Below are positions 63,822 through 64,000 of a stretch of DNA of 64,000 bases, one piece after another. The notes beneath the pieces are model-generated. The model ran no database searches. It had not been told where the DNA came from and worked only from the letters and a program-made list of their open reading frames with translations. This DNA comes from Candidatus Omnitrophota bacterium. GTDB lineage: Bacteria > Omnitrophota > Gorgyraeia > Tantalellales > Tantalellaceae. The position numbers were made by a program, and so were the translations under genes. The DNA is taken from positions 37,457 through 101,456 of the forward strand of contig JBDRKO010000012.1 of the NCBI GenBank assembly GCA_043813915.1, in the 5' to 3' direction. How positions within the stretch are numbered: the first letter of the stretch is position 1; each line of letters begins with the position of its first letter.

Positions 63822-64000
63822 CGTTTGGGTATAGTTACAATATGCGGTTTAATATTTCATCTGACTTCTGATTTCTGACATCTGACTTCTTTACCCCGGG
63901 CACGAGTCACGAATTAAGAAAAGAAGCCGTGGTTTTTAACCCGGATACAATTGCGGATAGCTAGCAGAATAGGAATAATAAACATACTTTTACGCGGACA

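Overview
This 64-kb window comes from a bacterial chromosome, probably an uncultivated lineage, using the standard genetic code: TGA, TAA and TAG all act as stops. Most genes are on the + strand, and the backbone is housekeeping. In order: ndk, yicC, gmk, rpoZ, coaC and coaB (split), a type IV pilin-like gene, tRNA-Cys and tRNA-Val, thrS-infC-rpmI-rplT, trkH/trkA, pheS/pheT, an RseC-like gene, a nifU-like gene and nifS, a 5-formyl-THF cyclo-ligase, rny with a ymdB-like gene, xseA-xseB-dxs, a four-subunit 2-oxoacid:ferredoxin oxidoreductase (D-A-B-C), gltX, glnS, a SYLF-domain protein, trpB2, and a PAS histidine kinase with two receiver proteins.

Five things stand out.

1. A giant, internally repetitive ORF (158..12145, at least 3995 aa) has no recognisable domains except a GNAT-like segment. 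Its reading frame stays open to the window edge.

2. An integrated island sits at tRNA-Gln (about 43.2-53.1 kb). It carries a tyrosine integrase and an excisionase, three direct repeats of the tRNA 3' end, a decayed second integrase, an AAA ATPase, and two large cargo proteins of unknown function (925 aa and 495 aa). A GIY-YIG nuclease gene is flanked by a duplicated, insertion-bearing 5' half of the tRNA.

3. A four-gene operon of secreted proteins (53302..58318) is bracketed by identical 55-nt palindromic hairpins.

4. Intergenic regions are a dense mosaic of recurring sequence 'words' and structured repeats. These include a roughly 50-nt element whose hairpin covaries between copies, MITE-like elements with terminal inverted repeats, perfect palindromes with compensatory changes, (ATTACGA)n heptads abutting start codons, a 190-bp tandem repeat attached to the two tRNAs, and duplications of gene ends.

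5. One response regulator carries an in-frame TAA stop.

Every functional call is by eye from motifs. No database search was possible.
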